Shown here: positions 36,437-50,887 of the stretch, piece by piece
Position numbering within the stretch: the first letter of the stretch is position 1
How the letters are laid out: every line of letters begins with the position of its first letter
Assembly (NCBI RefSeq): GCF_048403405.1
Contig: NZ_CP183129.1
Reading direction: 5' to 3' (one strand)
DNA: 64,000 bases
Source of the DNA: Escherichia coli
GTDB taxonomy: Bacteria > Pseudomonadota > Gammaproteobacteria > Enterobacterales > Enterobacteriaceae
Notes under the pieces: generated by a model
The model's input: only the letters and a program-made list of their open reading frames with translations
Databases searched by the model: none
Told to the model about the DNA's origin: nothing
Position numbers and translations under genes: made by a program

Positions 36437-37924
36437 ATGTCTCGTAATACTGAAGCAACTGACGATGTCAAAACCTGGACCGGCGGACCGCTGAATTATA
36501 AAGAAGGATTCTTCACCCAGTTAGCCACCGATGAGCTGGCAAAGGGGATAAACGAAGAGGTGGTGCGCGCAATTTCGGCGAAGCGTAATGAGCCGGAGTG
36601 GATGCTGGAGTTTCGTCTCAACGCCTATCGCGCATGGCTGGAGATGGAAGAACCGCACTGGTTGAAAGCGCACTACGACAAGCTGAATTATCAGGATTAC
36701 AGCTACTACTCAGCACCATCGTGCGGTAATTGTGACGACAACTGCGCGTCTGAACCCGGCGCGGTGCAGCAAACTGGCGCGAACGCCTTTTTAAGTAAAG
36801 AGGTGGAGGCGGCGTTTGAGCAGTTGGGCGTTCCCGTGCGGGAAGGCAAAGAGGTGGCGGTGGATGCCATTTTCGACTCCGTTTCGGTTGCCACCACTTA
36901 TCGCGAAAAACTGGCGGAGCAGGGAATTATTTTCTGTTCCTTTGGCGAGGCGATCCACGATCACCCGGAACTGGTGCGTAAATATCTCGGCACCGTGGTG
37001 CCGGGGAATGACAACTTCTTTGCCGCACTTAATGCGGCGGTAGCCTCTGACGGTACGTTTATTTATGTGCCTAAAGGCGTGCGCTGCCCGATGGAACTTT
37101 CCACCTATTTTCGTATTAACGCGGAAAAAACCGGGCAGTTTGAGCGCACCATTCTGGTGGCCGACGAAGACAGCTACGTCAGCTACATTGAAGGCTGTTC
37201 CGCTCCGGTGCGTGACAGCTATCAGTTACACGCGGCGGTGGTGGAAGTCATCATCCATAAAAACGCCGAGGTGAAATATTCCACGGTACAAAACTGGTTC
37301 CCTGGCGATAACAACACCGGCGGTATTCTCAACTTCGTCACCAAGCGTGCTTTGTGCGAAGGCGAAAACAGCAAAATGTCATGGACGCAATCAGAAACCG
37401 GGTCAGCGATTACGTGGAAATATCCCAGCTGCATTTTGCGCGGCGATAACTCCATTGGTGAGTTTTACTCAGTGGCACTGACCAGCGGTCATCAGCAAGC
37501 GGATACCGGCACCAAGATGATCCACATCGGTAAAAACACCAAATCGACCATTATCTCGAAAGGGATCTCTGCCGGACATAGTCAGAACAGTTATCGCGGC
37601 TTAGTGAAAATCATGCCGACGGCAACCAATGCGCGCAATTTCACTCAGTGCGACTCAATGCTGATTGGCGCTAATTGTGGGGCGCATACCTTCCCGTATG
37701 TCGAATGTCGCAATAACAGCGCACAACTGGAGCACGAGGCAACGACATCACGTATTGGTGAAGATCAACTGTTTTACTGCCTGCAACGCGGGATCAGCGA
37801 AGAAGACGCCATCTCGATGATTGTTAACGGTTTCTGCAAAGACGTGTTCTCAGAACTGCCGCTGGAATTTGCCGTTGAAGCACAAAAACTCCTCGCCATC
37901 AGTCTTGAACACAGCGTCGGATAA
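36437..37924 (+). CDS. sufB: Fe-S cluster assembly scaffold protein SufB
   Basis: 495 aa from the internal ATG ([26 protein letters not shown]); the track ORF is an over-extension. Confidence 0.95.
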   Translation: MSRNTEATDDVKTWTGGPLNYKEGFFTQLATDELAKGINEEVVRAISAKRNEPEWMLEFRLNAYRAWLEMEEPHWLKAHYDKLNYQDYSYYSAPSCGNCDDNCASEPGAVQQTGANAFLSKEVEAAFEQLGVPVREGKEVAVDAIFDSVSVATTYREKLAEQGIIFCSFGEAIHDHPELVRKYLGTVVPGNDNFFAALNAAVASDGTFIYVPKGVRCPMELSTYFRINAEKTGQFERTILVADEDSYVSYIEGCSAPVRDSYQLHAAVVEVIIHKNAEVKYSTVQNWFPGDNNTGGILNFVTKRALCEGENSKMSWTQSETGSAITWKYPSCILRGDNSIGEFYSVALTSGHQQADTGTKMIHIGKNTKSTIISKGISAGHSQNSYRGLVKIMPTATNARNFTQCDSMLIGANCGAHTFPYVECRNNSAQLEHEATTSRIGEDQLFYCLQRGISEEDAISMIVNGFCKDVFSELPLEFAVEAQKLLAISLEHSVG

Positions 37925-37933
37925 GGAATAAAC

Positions 37934-38680
37934 ATGTTAAGTATTAAAGATTTACACGTCAGCGTGGAAGATAAAGCTATCCTGCGTGGATTAAGCCTCG
38001 ACGTTCGTCCCGGCGAAGTTCACGCCATTATGGGGCCAAACGGTTCGGGCAAAAGTACCTTATCGGCAACGCTTGCCGGGCGAGAAGATTATGAAGTGAC
38101 GGGCGGCGCGGTTGAGTTCAAAGGCAAAGATTTGCTTGCGCTGTCGCCGGAAGATCGTGCAGGTGAAGGCATCTTTATGGCCTTCCAGTATCCGGTGGAA
38201 ATTCCCGGCGTCAGTAACCAGTTTTTCCTGCAAACGGCACTTAATGCGGTGCGCAGCTATCGCGGCCAGGAAACGCTCGACCGCTTTGATTTTCAGGATT
38301 TGATGGAAGAGAAAATCGCTCTCCTGAAGATGCCGGAAGATTTATTAACCCGTTCGGTAAACGTTGGTTTTTCCGGCGGCGAGAAAAAGCGCAACGATAT
38401 TTTGCAAATGGCGGTGCTGGAACCGGAGTTATGTATTCTTGATGAGTCGGACTCCGGGCTGGATATTGACGCATTAAAAGTGGTTGCCGATGGCGTGAAC
38501 TCGCTGCGTGACGGCAAGCGTTCATTCATCATTGTTACGCACTACCAACGCATTCTCGACTACATCAAGCCTGATTACGTCCATGTGCTGTATCAGGGAC
38601 GAATTGTGAAATCCGGCGATTTCACGTTGGTCAAACAACTGGAGGAGCAGGGTTATGGCTGGCTTACCGAACAGCAGTAA
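37934..38680 (+). CDS. sufC: Fe-S cluster assembly ATPase SufC
   Basis: 248 aa; Walker A GPNGSGKST and ABC-type signature FSGGEKKRNDIL. Confidence 0.95.
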   Translation: MLSIKDLHVSVEDKAILRGLSLDVRPGEVHAIMGPNGSGKSTLSATLAGREDYEVTGGAVEFKGKDLLALSPEDRAGEGIFMAFQYPVEIPGVSNQFFLQTALNAVRSYRGQETLDRFDFQDLMEEKIALLKMPEDLLTRSVNVGFSGGEKKRNDILQMAVLEPELCILDESDSGLDIDALKVVADGVNSLRDGKRSFIIVTHYQRILDYIKPDYVHVLYQGRIVKSGDFTLVKQLEEQGYGWLTEQQ

Positions 38681-39926
38681 CGCGCTGCAACAGTGGCATC
38701 ACTTGTTTGAAGCCGAGGGTGCAAAACGCTCCCCGCAAGCACAGCAGCATTTACAACAATTGCTGCGTACCGGACTGCCGACACGGAAACATGAAAACTG
38801 GAAATATACGCCGCTGGAAGGGCTGACCAATAGCCAGTTTGTCTGCATTGCGGGAGAGATATCCCCACAGCAGCGAGATGCCTTAGCGTTAACGTTAGAC
38901 GCTGTGCGGCTGGTATTTGTCGATGGACGTTACGTGTCAGCACTGAGCGATGCAACTGAAGGCAGCGGATATGAAGTGAGCATTAACGACGACCGTCAGG
39001 GGTTACCCGACGCTATTCAGGCGGAAGTGTTTCTGCATTTGACGGAAAGCCTGGCGCATAGCGTGACGCATATCGCCGTGAAGCGCGGTCAACGGCCGGT
39101 AAAGCCATTGCTGTTAATGCATATCACCCAGGGCGTGGCAGGTGAAGAGGTCAACACTGCCCATTACCGACATCATCTGGATCTGGCGGAAGGTGCCGAA
39201 GCAACGGTGATCGAACATTTTGTCAGCCTTAATGATGCTCGTCACTTCACCGGCGCACGGTTCACTATCAACGTCGCAGCGAACGCCCACTTGCAGCATA
39301 TCAAGCTGGCGTTTGAAAACCCGGTCAGTCACCACTTTGCCCATAACGATTTGTTGCTGGCTGACGATGCCACCGCATTTAGCCACAGTTTCCTGCTGGG
39401 TGGCGCAGTGTTACGACACAACACCAGTACGCAACTCAATGGCGAAAACAGCACGCTGCGGATCAATAGCCTGGCGATGCCGGTGAAAAACGAGGTGTGT
39501 GATACCCGTACCTGGCTGGAACACAATAAAGGTTTTTGTAACAGTCGACAGTTGCATAAAACTATCGTCAGCGACAAAGGCCGCGCGGTATTTAACGGTT
39601 TGATCAACGTCGCGCAGCACGCCATCAAAACGGATGGTCAGATGACCAACAATAATCTGCTGATGGGCAAACTGGCGGAAGTGGATACGAAACCGCAGCT
39701 GGAAATCTATGCAGATGATGTGAAATGCAGCCACGGCGCGACGGTGGGACGTATTGATGACGAACAGATGTTTTATCTGCGCTCGCGCGGGATCAATCAG
39801 CAGGATGCCCAGCAGATGATCATCTACGCCTTTGCTGCTGAACTGACGGAAGCACTGCGTGATGAGGGGCTTAAACAGCAGGTGCTGGCCCGAATCGGTC
39901 AACGACTGCCAGGAGGTGCAAGATGA
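38655..39926 (+). CDS. sufD: Fe-S cluster assembly protein SufD
   Basis: 423 aa, [37 protein letters not shown]; overlaps the sufC 3' end by 26 nt. Confidence 0.93.
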   Translation: MAGLPNSSNALQQWHHLFEAEGAKRSPQAQQHLQQLLRTGLPTRKHENWKYTPLEGLTNSQFVCIAGEISPQQRDALALTLDAVRLVFVDGRYVSALSDATEGSGYEVSINDDRQGLPDAIQAEVFLHLTESLAHSVTHIAVKRGQRPVKPLLLMHITQGVAGEEVNTAHYRHHLDLAEGAEATVIEHFVSLNDARHFTGARFTINVAANAHLQHIKLAFENPVSHHFAHNDLLLADDATAFSHSFLLGGAVLRHNTSTQLNGENSTLRINSLAMPVKNEVCDTRTWLEHNKGFCNSRQLHKTIVSDKGRAVFNGLINVAQHAIKTDGQMTNNNLLMGKLAEVDTKPQLEIYADDVKCSHGATVGRIDDEQMFYLRSRGINQQDAQQMIIYAFAAELTEALRDEGLKQQVLARIGQRLPGGAR

Positions 39927-41143
39927 CTTTTTCCGTCGACAAAGTGCGGGCCGACTTTCCGGTGCTTTCTCGTGAGGTAAACGGTTTGCCGCTGGCTTAT
40001 CTCGACAGTGCCGCCAGTGCGCAGAAACCAAGCCAGGTGATTGACGCCGAGGCTGAGTTTTATCGTCACGGCTACGCGGCGGTGCATCGCGGTATTCATA
40101 CCTTAAGCGCCCAGGCGACCGAGAAAATGGAGAACGTGCGCAAGCGGGCATCGCTGTTTATTAATGCCCGTTCGGCGGAAGAGCTGGTGTTCGTCCGCGG
40201 CACGACGGAAGGGATCAATCTGGTCACCAATAGCTGGGGCAACAGCAATGTGCGGGCGGGCGATAACATCATCATCAGTCAGATGGAGCACCACGCTAAC
40301 ATTGTCCCCTGGCAGATGCTTTGTGCACGCGTTGGCGCAGAGCTGCGTGTGATCCCGCTCAACCCCGACGGTACGCTGCAACTGGAGACGCTGCCTACGC
40401 TGTTTGATGAGAAAACTCGTCTGCTGGCAATTACCCATGTCTCCAACGTGCTTGGGACAGAAAATCCGCTGGTGGAGATGATCACGCTTGCGCACCAGCA
40501 TGGCGCAAAAGTACTGGTGGATGGCGCTCAGGCGGTGATGCATCATCCGGTGGACGTTCAGGCGCTGGATTGCGATTTTTACGTGTTCTCCGGGCATAAA
40601 CTGTATGGCCCTACTGGGATTGGCATTCTTTATGTCAAAGAAGCCTTGCTACAGGAGATGCCGCCGTGGGAAGGGGGCGGTTCTATGATCGCCACCGTCA
40701 GCCTGAGTGAAGGCACTACCTGGACCAAAGCACCGTGGCGGTTTGAAGCCGGTACACCCAATACCGGGGGCATCATTGGTCTTGGCGCGGCGCTGGAGTA
40801 TGTTTCGGCGCTGGGGCTTAATAACATAGCCGAGTATGAACAGAATCTGATGCACTACGCGCTATCACAGCTGGAATCTGTACCGGATCTCACTCTCTAT
40901 GGCCCGCAGAACAGGCTTGGCGTTATTGCTTTTAATCTCGGTAAACACCACGCCTATGATGTTGGCAGTTTTCTCGATAACTACGGCATTGCTGTGCGTA
41001 CCGGACATCACTGCGCAATGCCATTGATGGCCTATTACAACGTTCCTGCTATGTGTCGGGCGTCGCTGGCCATGTATAACACCCATGAAGAAGTGGATCG
41101 TCTGGTGACCGGCCTGCAACGTATTCACCGTTTGCTGGGATAA
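39923..41143 (+). CDS. sufS: Cysteine desulfurase SufS (PLP-dependent)
   Basis: 406 aa, [36 protein letters not shown]; PLP-lysine region [15 protein letters not shown]; ATGA overlap with the sufD stop. Confidence 0.95.
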   Translation: MTFSVDKVRADFPVLSREVNGLPLAYLDSAASAQKPSQVIDAEAEFYRHGYAAVHRGIHTLSAQATEKMENVRKRASLFINARSAEELVFVRGTTEGINLVTNSWGNSNVRAGDNIIISQMEHHANIVPWQMLCARVGAELRVIPLNPDGTLQLETLPTLFDEKTRLLAITHVSNVLGTENPLVEMITLAHQHGAKVLVDGAQAVMHHPVDVQALDCDFYVFSGHKLYGPTGIGILYVKEALLQEMPPWEGGGSMIATVSLSEGTTWTKAPWRFEAGTPNTGGIIGLGAALEYVSALGLNNIAEYEQNLMHYALSQLESVPDLTLYGPQNRLGVIAFNLGKHHAYDVGSFLDNYGIAVRTGHHCAMPLMAYYNVPAMCRASLAMYNTHEEVDRLVTGLQRIHRLLG

Positions 41144-41155
41144 CAGGGAGGCACT

Positions 41156-41572
41156 ATGGCTTTATTGCCGGATAAAGAAAAATTGCTGCGTAATTTTTTA
41201 CGCTGCGCCAACTGGGAAGAGAAATATCTCTACATTATTGAGCTGGGCCAGCGTCTGCCAGAATTACGCGACGAAGACCGAAGCCCACAAAATAGCATTC
41301 AGGGCTGCCAGAGTCAGGTGTGGATTGTCATGCGCCAGAATGCGCAGGGAATTATTGAATTGCAGGGTGACAGCGATGCGGCGATTGTGAAAGGGCTTAT
41401 TGCGGTCGTCTTTATTCTCTACGATCAGATGACGCCGCAGGATATTGTCAATTTCGATGTGCGTCCGTGGTTTGAAAAAATGGCGCTGACCCAACATCTC
41501 ACCCCATCTCGTTCACAAGGTCTGGAAGCGATGATTCGCGCAATTCGCGCCAAAGCCGCTGCACTTAGCTAA
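41156..41572 (+). CDS. sufE: Cysteine desulfuration (sulfur acceptor) protein SufE
   Basis: 138 aa, [35 protein letters not shown]...GCQSQVWI. Confidence 0.95.
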
Positions 41573-41720
41573 ACTAAAGGGACAGCTTTCATCCGGTTGG
41601 CTCACATTGCCGGATGGTCAATGTTTACACTGACCTGCACAGGAGTGTTTTGGTTTCAGGTGAACATAAGTACCATCCGACGTTTCAGCGTGAGTCTCCG
41701 GCAAATACAGGAGGTTTACA

Positions 41721-42725
41721 ATGAAACGCGCGTCTTTGCTTACACTCACGCTTATCGGCGCTTTTAGCGCCATCCAGGCTGCCTGGGCGGTTGATTATCC
41801 GCTACCTCCAACCGGAAGCCGACTGGTTGGGCAAAATCAAACGTATACGGTGCAAGAAGGGGATAAAAACCTTCAGGCTATTGCCCGTCGTTTTGATACT
41901 GCGGCAATGTTGATCCTTGAAGCCAATAACACTATCGCCCCGGTGCCAAAACCTGGTACGACGATAACTATTCCTTCGCAACTGTTATTACCTGATGCGC
42001 CGCGTCAGGGGATTATCGTTAACCTGGCAGAGCTGCGCCTTTATTATTATCCGCCGGGAGAAAATATCGTGCAGGTCTATCCGATAGGTATTGGTTTGCA
42101 GGGGCTGGAAACGCCAGTGATGGAAACGCGTGTGGGGCAGAAAATCCCTAACCCAACCTGGACGCCTACGGCGGGCATTCGTCAGCGTTCGCTGGAGCGT
42201 GGCATTAAATTACCGCCAGTCGTTCCTGCCGGGCCAAATAACCCACTAGGACGTTACGCACTGCGCCTCGCGCATGGTAATGGCGAATACCTCATTCATG
42301 GCACCAGTGCGCCGGACAGCGTCGGTTTGCGCGTCAGTTCGGGCTGTATTCGCATGAATGCGCCGGATATTAAAGCCTTATTCTCCAGCGTGCGGACGGG
42401 AACGCCGGTGAAAGTGATCAACGAACCGGTGAAATATTCCGTGGAACCGAACGGGACGCGTTATGTTGAAGTACATCGACCACTATCGGCAGAAGAACAG
42501 CAGAACGTTCAGACAATGCCATACACACTGCCAGCAGGCTTTACGCAATTTAAAGACAATAAGGGTGTAGATCAGAAATTAGTCGATAAAGCGTTGTATC
42601 GTCGGGCAGGGTATCCGGTTGCGGTGAGCAGTGGAGCAACTCCCGCAGCCAGCAATGCGCCTTCAGTAGAGTCAGCGCAGAATGGTGAACCAGAGCAAGG
42701 GAATATGTTACGCGCGACGCAGTAG
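41721..42725 (+). CDS. ldtE: L,D-transpeptidase with LysM domain (YnhG)
   Basis: 334 aa; signal peptide; YkuD catalytic motif [20 protein letters not shown]. Confidence 0.9.
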   Translation: MKRASLLTLTLIGAFSAIQAAWAVDYPLPPTGSRLVGQNQTYTVQEGDKNLQAIARRFDTAAMLILEANNTIAPVPKPGTTITIPSQLLLPDAPRQGIIVNLAELRLYYYPPGENIVQVYPIGIGLQGLETPVMETRVGQKIPNPTWTPTAGIRQRSLERGIKLPPVVPAGPNNPLGRYALRLAHGNGEYLIHGTSAPDSVGLRVSSGCIRMNAPDIKALFSSVRTGTPVKVINEPVKYSVEPNGTRYVEVHRPLSAEEQQNVQTMPYTLPAGFTQFKDNKGVDQKLVDKALYRRAGYPVAVSSGATPAASNAPSVESAQNGEPEQGNMLRATQ

Positions 42726-42740
42726 CGGTAAATGGCAGGC

Positions 42741-42774
42741 AAAAAAAATGGCGCACAATGTGCGCCATTTTTCA
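42741..42774. terminator. Bidirectional terminator shared by convergent ldtE and lpp
   Basis: AAAAAAAATGGCGCACA-ATG-TGCGCCATTTTTCAC: a perfect hairpin flanked by an A tract on one side and a T tract on the other. Confidence 0.8.
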
Positions 42775-42788
42775 CTTCACAGGTACTA

Positions 42789-43037
<249 letters not shown>

Positions 43038-43279
43038 CTAGATTGAGTTAATCTCCATGTAGCGTTACAAGTATTACACAAAGTTTTTTATGTTGAGAAT
43101 ATTTTTTTGATGGGAAGGCACTTATTTTTGATCGTTCGCTCAAAGAAGCATCGAACGCTGGGTTTTAGATAAAAAAATTGAGAGAAAACAGGATGCTTCC
43201 ATCGGATTCATCTTAGATAAAGTGAGATTATATAGTGAAATCCGATTTGATTTTTTATTGCTTCTGGTTATCGATTAAA

Positions 43280-43308
43280 TAAAAAAAGCGCCCATAAGGG
43301 CGCTTCGA
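43280..43308 (-). terminator. Rho-independent terminator after pykF
   Basis: On the minus strand, AAGCGCCC-TTAT-GGGCGCTT followed by TTTTTTTAT, just after the pykF stop. Confidence 0.75.
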
Positions 43309-43335
43309 TATACAAATTAATTCACAAAAGCAATA

Positions 43336-44748
43336 TTACAGGACGTGAACAGATGCGGTGTTAGTAGTGCCGCTCGGTACCAGTGCACCAGAAACCATAA
43401 CTACGACGTCACCTTTGTGTGCCAGACCGCTCTGCAGAGCCAGTTCTTTACCCAGACGGTAGAAATCATCAGTAGAAGTGATCTCTTTAACCAGCTGCGG
43501 CACAACGCCTTTGCTCAGTACCAACTGATGAGCCGTTTTTTCGTTGGTGGTCAGTGCCAGGATGGTGGCATCCGGGAAGTATTTACGTACTGCGCGAGCA
43601 GATTTACCGCCCTGGGTAGCAACCACGATCAGCGGGGCATCCAGTTTTTCAGCAGTTTCAACGGCACCACGGCATACCGCTTCGGTAATGCGCAGTTTAC
43701 GGTTGTCATTGTTGAACTCGAGACGGCTGTTCATCACGCGGTCGGTACGTTCGCAGATGGTCGCCATGATAGAAACCGCTTCCAGCGGGTATTTACCTTT
43801 TGCGGATTCACCAGACAGCATCACTGCGTCAGTACCGTCGAGGATGGCGTTTGCAACGTCACCGGCTTCTGCGCGAGTCGGGCGTGGGTTTTTGATCATG
43901 GAATCCAGCATCTGGGTCGCAGTGATAACGACTTTACGTGCACGGATACATTTTTCGATCATCATCTTCTGGGCGAAGATAACTTCTTCTACCGGGATTT
44001 CTACACCCAGGTCGCCACGCGCAACCATGATGCCGTCAGAGGCTTCGAGGATTTCGTCGAAGTTGTTGAGGCCTTCCTGGTTTTCGATTTTGGAGATGAT
44101 GTGGATGTTTTCGCCGCCGTGCGCTTTCAGGTGCTCACGGATTTCGATAACGTCAGAACGCTTACGAATAAAGGAAGCAGCGACAAAGTCTACGCCTTGT
44201 TCGCAACCAAAGATCAGGTCCTGTTTGTCTTTTTCAGCCAGTGCTGGCAGGGCAATGGAAACGCCAGGCAGGTTCACACCTTTGTTTTCACCCAGGTCGC
44301 CGTTGTTCAGCACTTTACAGATAACTTTGTTACCTTCAATGGCAGTAACTTCCATACCGATCAGACCATCGTCAACCAGTACGGTGTTGCCAACAGACAG
44401 GTCAGTAGTGAAACCTTCATACGTTACCGCAACCATTTCGCTGTTGCCGATAACAGATTTATCAGTGGTGAAAGTAAAGGTCTGACCCGCTTTCAGAGAA
44501 ACGTCGTTACCGCCTTCCAGTTTCATGGTGCGGATTTCCGGACCTTTGGTATCAAGCAGGATAGCGGCGGTTTTACCAGTTTTGCTCATCACGTTGCGCA
44601 GATTCTGAATGCGCTGACCGTGTTCTGCATAGTCACCATGAGAGAAGTTCAGACGCATAACGTTCATGCCAGCGTCCAGCATTTTAGCTAACATCTCTTC
44701 AGATTCGGTTTTCGGTCCGATGGTGCAAACAATTTTGGTCTTTTTCAT
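43336..44748 (-). CDS. pykF: Pyruvate kinase I (fructose-1,6-bisphosphate activated)
   Basis: 470 aa from the internal ATG ([40 protein letters not shown]); the 542-aa track ORF is an upstream over-extension. Confidence 0.96.
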
Positions 44749-45304
44749 GACAGTCTTAGTCTTTAAGTTGAGAAGGATGGGAGAAACTTGCTTTCTGGGC
44801 GCACTGCCGGAAAGCGAATCCGGTATTACGAAAGTGGTGGTGCCTCGCTCTAAGGATAGGTGACATCGAAAAAGCGTGCAGAGGAATGTGTGCTTGTGTC
44901 TCAGCCCAACGTGAGTGCCTGTTTTTGAGTCGTTGAGTTCTACAGTCCAAAGTGCTGAAACCATTCAAGAGTCAATTGGCGCGCATTATACGCTGAAATT
45001 AATCCAAAAGGAAAACAAAAACAGCGTTTCAAAAAATATACAACTTGTAAGACAATAAATTGTTATCAAAGATTTAACGTTCCAGGGAAAAGGTTACGCA
45101 AAAACTTCGCTGTTTGCGCAACGTCTGGTGCCGGGGTTGTCACTGTGAAGATAAGTGAAAGTTCATCCGGTGTATAAATACATCATCGCTCAATTGCTAC
45201 AGTTAAAATAATTTATCGCGTTATTTGTCTGATTTTGTTTGATTTTTGTCTAATTGGTTAGATTGATATATGCTGATAGTTGGCATGATAAATAGGTATA
45301 AAGA

Positions 45305-45514
45305 ATGGGAAATCGGACAAAAGAGGATGAACTGTACCGAGAAATGTGCAGAGTTGTCGGTAAAGTTGTGCTGGAAATGCGCGATCTGGGGCAGGAACCA
45401 AAGCATATTGTTATCGCAGGCGTATTACGTACAGCATTAGCCAATAAACGCATTCAGCGCAGTGAGCTGGAAAAGCAGGCGATGGAAACCGTCATTAACG
45501 CACTGGTAAAATGA
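45305..45514 (+). CDS. ydhZ: Small protein YdhZ (reported as fumarase D)
   Basis: 69 aa, MGNRTKEDELYREMCRVVGKVVLEMRDLGQEPKHIVIAGVLRTALANKRIQRSELEKQAMETVINALVK; followed by a hairpin CAGGATGAGGCGATAAGCTTCATCCTGA. Confidence 0.8.
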   Translation: MGNRTKEDELYREMCRVVGKVVLEMRDLGQEPKHIVIAGVLRTALANKRIQRSELEKQAMETVINALVK

Positions 45515-45754
45515 CCATTCAGGATGAGGCGATAAGCTTCATCCTGATATTCTTGCTTCAGTTGCGGTCCAGTTAATCATTCTAAATAACAACTGCTGAA
45601 ATTATACGAATTTCGGTATGTATTTTAATTTATAGCGATAATGTTATTTTTATTTTCTGCAATGAACGTCACAAATAATTGTCGCTTAAGTTAAATTTAT
45701 TTCAAATGATAATAAATATCAGTTCACTTATAATTTCTTGCTTTGTAATTTTAA

Positions 45755-45768
45755 TTGATAACGATCAA
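45755..45768. promoter_or_regulatory. Consensus FNR site upstream of ydhY
   Basis: TTGATAACGATCAA is a perfect TTGAT-N4-ATCAA FNR box in the AT-rich region about 200 bp upstream of the ydhY ATG; the ydhYVWXUT operon is known to be FNR-activated. Confidence 0.7.
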
Positions 45769-45969
45769 TGTTAAGGGCTCAGAATAATCACATTATTTTT
45801 TCTCCTAACCATAAAGGATTAGTTTATCGGCGTTAAATCTTTTCTCATACACTATCGGGTTAGGGAAAATATCTGGTGTTGGGGACAGAGTCAGCAGCGT
45901 ATTAGTTGAATGCTTAATATCAGGCTGCTGAATTGTCAGCACTGTGTTTGCGAAGAGGATGCGAAATAA

Positions 45970-48719
<2,750 letters not shown>

Positions 48720-48722
48720 GGA

Positions 48723-49370
48723 ATGGGTGAGATGAACCATCAGGATGAATTGCCGTTAGCGGAAGTCAGCGAAATTGACGAGGCGAAGCGGCAATGGTTG
48801 CAGGGGATGCGTCACCCCGTTGATACGGTAACCGAACCAGAACCTGCTGAAATCCTGGCAGAGTTCATTCGTCAGCATTCTGCGGCTGGGCAGCTGGTGG
48901 CGCGCGCCGTGTTTCTCTCGCCACCCTATTCGGTTGCCGAAGAGGAACTGTCAGTTTTGCTGGAAAGTATTAAGCAGAACGGAGACCACGCGGATATCGC
49001 TTGTTTGACGGGAAGCCAGGATGATTACTATTACTCAACTCAGGCCATGAGTGAAAACTACGCGGCGATGTCTTTGCAAGTTGTGGAGCAGGACATTTGT
49101 CGCGCCATTGCACACGCCGTTCGTTTTGAGTGCCAGACGTATCCTCGTCCTTACAAAGTCGCCATGCTGATGCAAGCGCCATATTACTTCCAGGAAGCGC
49201 AGATCGAATCCGCGATCGCCGCGATGGATATTGCACCTGAATATGCTGATATACGGCAGGTGGAGTCATCGACGGCGGTGTTGTACTTGTTTAGCGAGCG
49301 ATTTATGACCTATGGCAAGGCGTATGGTTTATGCGAATGGTTCGAGGTAGAGCAGTTTCAGAACCCCTGA
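48723..49370 (+). CDS. ydhW: Uncharacterized protein YdhW
   Basis: 215 aa ORF directly downstream of ydhV; no recognisable motif. Confidence 0.8.
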   Translation: MGEMNHQDELPLAEVSEIDEAKRQWLQGMRHPVDTVTEPEPAEILAEFIRQHSAAGQLVARAVFLSPPYSVAEEELSVLLESIKQNGDHADIACLTGSQDDYYYSTQAMSENYAAMSLQVVEQDICRAIAHAVRFECQTYPRPYKVAMLMQAPYYFQEAQIESAIAAMDIAPEYADIRQVESSTAVLYLFSERFMTYGKAYGLCEWFEVEQFQNP

Positions 49371-49433
49371 AATTTCAGGGAGATGTCATGGATAGGGTGG
49401 ACAGTTGCAGCCACTGCATTAGGGGATAATCAG

Positions 49434-50102
49434 ATGTCCTTCACTCGACGCAAATTTGTTCTGGGGATGGGAACAGTAATCTTTTTTACTGGTTCTGCGT
49501 CTTCTCTGTTAGCGAACACGAGGCAAGAAAAGGAAGTTCGGTATGCCATGATTCATGACGAGTCACGGTGCAATGGCTGTAATATTTGCGCCCGCGCATG
49601 CCGTAAAACTAACCACGTCCCCGCTCAGGGAAGCCGTTTATCGATAGCACACATTCCAGTCACCGATAACGACAACGAAACGCAGTATCACTATTTTCGC
49701 CAGTCATGCCAGCACTGTGAAGATGCTCCTTGCATCGACGTATGCCCGACAGGGGCGTCGTGGCGTGATGAGCAGGGGATCGTGCGGGTAGAAAAATCGC
49801 AGTGCATCGGCTGCAGTTATTGCATTGGCGCTTGTCCTTACCAGGTTCGCTACCTTAACCCTGTCACTAAAGTGGCAGATAAATGTGATTTCTGCGCTGA
49901 GTCCCGACTGGCAAAAGGCTTTCCGCCCATTTGCGTCAGCGCCTGTCCGGAACACGCATTGATCTTTGGTCGCGAAGATAGCCCAGAAATTCAAGCGTGG
50001 TTGCAAGAAAATAAATATTATCAATATCAGCTACCTGGTGCCGGGAAACCGCATCTGTATCGCCGATTCGGTCAACATTTGATTAAAAAGGAAAATGTAT
50101 GA
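49434..50102 (+). CDS. ydhX: Tat-signal 4Fe-4S ferredoxin-like protein
   Basis: 222 aa from the internal ATG; twin-arginine leader MSFTRRKFVLGMGTVIFFTGSASSLLA; several CxxCxxCxxxCP motifs. Confidence 0.88.
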   Translation: MSFTRRKFVLGMGTVIFFTGSASSLLANTRQEKEVRYAMIHDESRCNGCNICARACRKTNHVPAQGSRLSIAHIPVTDNDNETQYHYFRQSCQHCEDAPCIDVCPTGASWRDEQGIVRVEKSQCIGCSYCIGACPYQVRYLNPVTKVADKCDFCAESRLAKGFPPICVSACPEHALIFGREDSPEIQAWLQENKYYQYQLPGAGKPHLYRRFGQHLIKKENV

Positions 50103-50884
50103 ACCCGTCGCAACATGCTGAACAGTTTCAGAGCCAGTTGGCGAACTATGTGCCACAATTCACTCCCGAATTTTGGCCGGTGTGGTTGATCATTGCCGGA
50201 CTATTGCTGGTTGGGATGTGGTTGGTGCTGGGGCTGCATGCCTTGCTTCGTGCTCGTGGCGTGAAGAAATCAGCCACCGATCATGGTGAGAAGATTTATC
50301 TTTACAGCAAAGCGGTCAGATTATGGCACTGGTCGAATGCGTTACTCTTTGTATTGTTGTTGGCAAGTGGGCTGATAAATCACTTTGCGCTGGTGGGCGC
50401 AACTGCGGTTAAAAGTCTGGTTGCGTTGCATGAAGTTTGCGGATTTTTGTTACTGGCATGCTGGCTCGGCTTTGTTCTGATCAATGCCGTTGGGGGTAAT
50501 GGTCACCACTATCGCATTCGTCGTCAGGGTTGGCTGGAGCGAGCGGCAAAACAAACGCGATTTTATTTGTTTGGCATTATGCAGGGGGAAGAACATCCTT
50601 TCCCGGCAACAACCCAGTCTAAATTTAATCCCTTACAGCAGGTCGCCTATGTTGGTGTCATGTATGGATTGCTGCCGTTGTTACTATTGACGGGGCTGCT
50701 GTGTCTCTATCCGCAAGCCGTGGGAGATGTGTTTCCTGGCGTAAGATACTGGTTATTGCAGGCGCATTTTGCTCTGGCATTTATAAGCCTCTTTTTTATC
50801 TTCGGTCATCTTTATCTTTGCACCACGGGGCGTACGCCACACGAAACCTTTAAAAGCATGGTCGATGGCTATCACCGGCACTAA
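50099..50884 (+). CDS. ydhU: PhsC-like cytochrome b membrane anchor
   Basis: 261 aa, several hydrophobic helices with conserved His; ATGA overlap with the ydhX stop. Confidence 0.85.
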   Translation: MNPSQHAEQFQSQLANYVPQFTPEFWPVWLIIAGLLLVGMWLVLGLHALLRARGVKKSATDHGEKIYLYSKAVRLWHWSNALLFVLLLASGLINHFALVGATAVKSLVALHEVCGFLLLACWLGFVLINAVGGNGHHYRIRRQGWLERAAKQTRFYLFGIMQGEEHPFPATTQSKFNPLQQVAYVGVMYGLLPLLLLTGLLCLYPQAVGDVFPGVRYWLLQAHFALAFISLFFIFGHLYLCTTGRTPHETFKSMVDGYHRH

Positions 50885-50887
50885 CGA

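Noticed and set aside
43345-44691. Long plus-strand ORFs (448 aa and 313 aa) across the pykF locus
   Set aside because: They are antisense to pykF, a well-supported highly expressed gene; they have no ribosome-binding site context and low-complexity translations. Long antisense ORFs are an expected by-product of codon bias.
44749-44964. N-terminal extension of pykF to a 542-aa ORF (and similar extensions of ydiQ, ydiO, ydhV, ydhX, sufB, ydiH, ydiE, ydiN)
   Set aside because: In each case an internal ATG with a proper Shine-Dalgarno sequence gives the conserved N-terminus; the longer ORFs are just open upstream frame.
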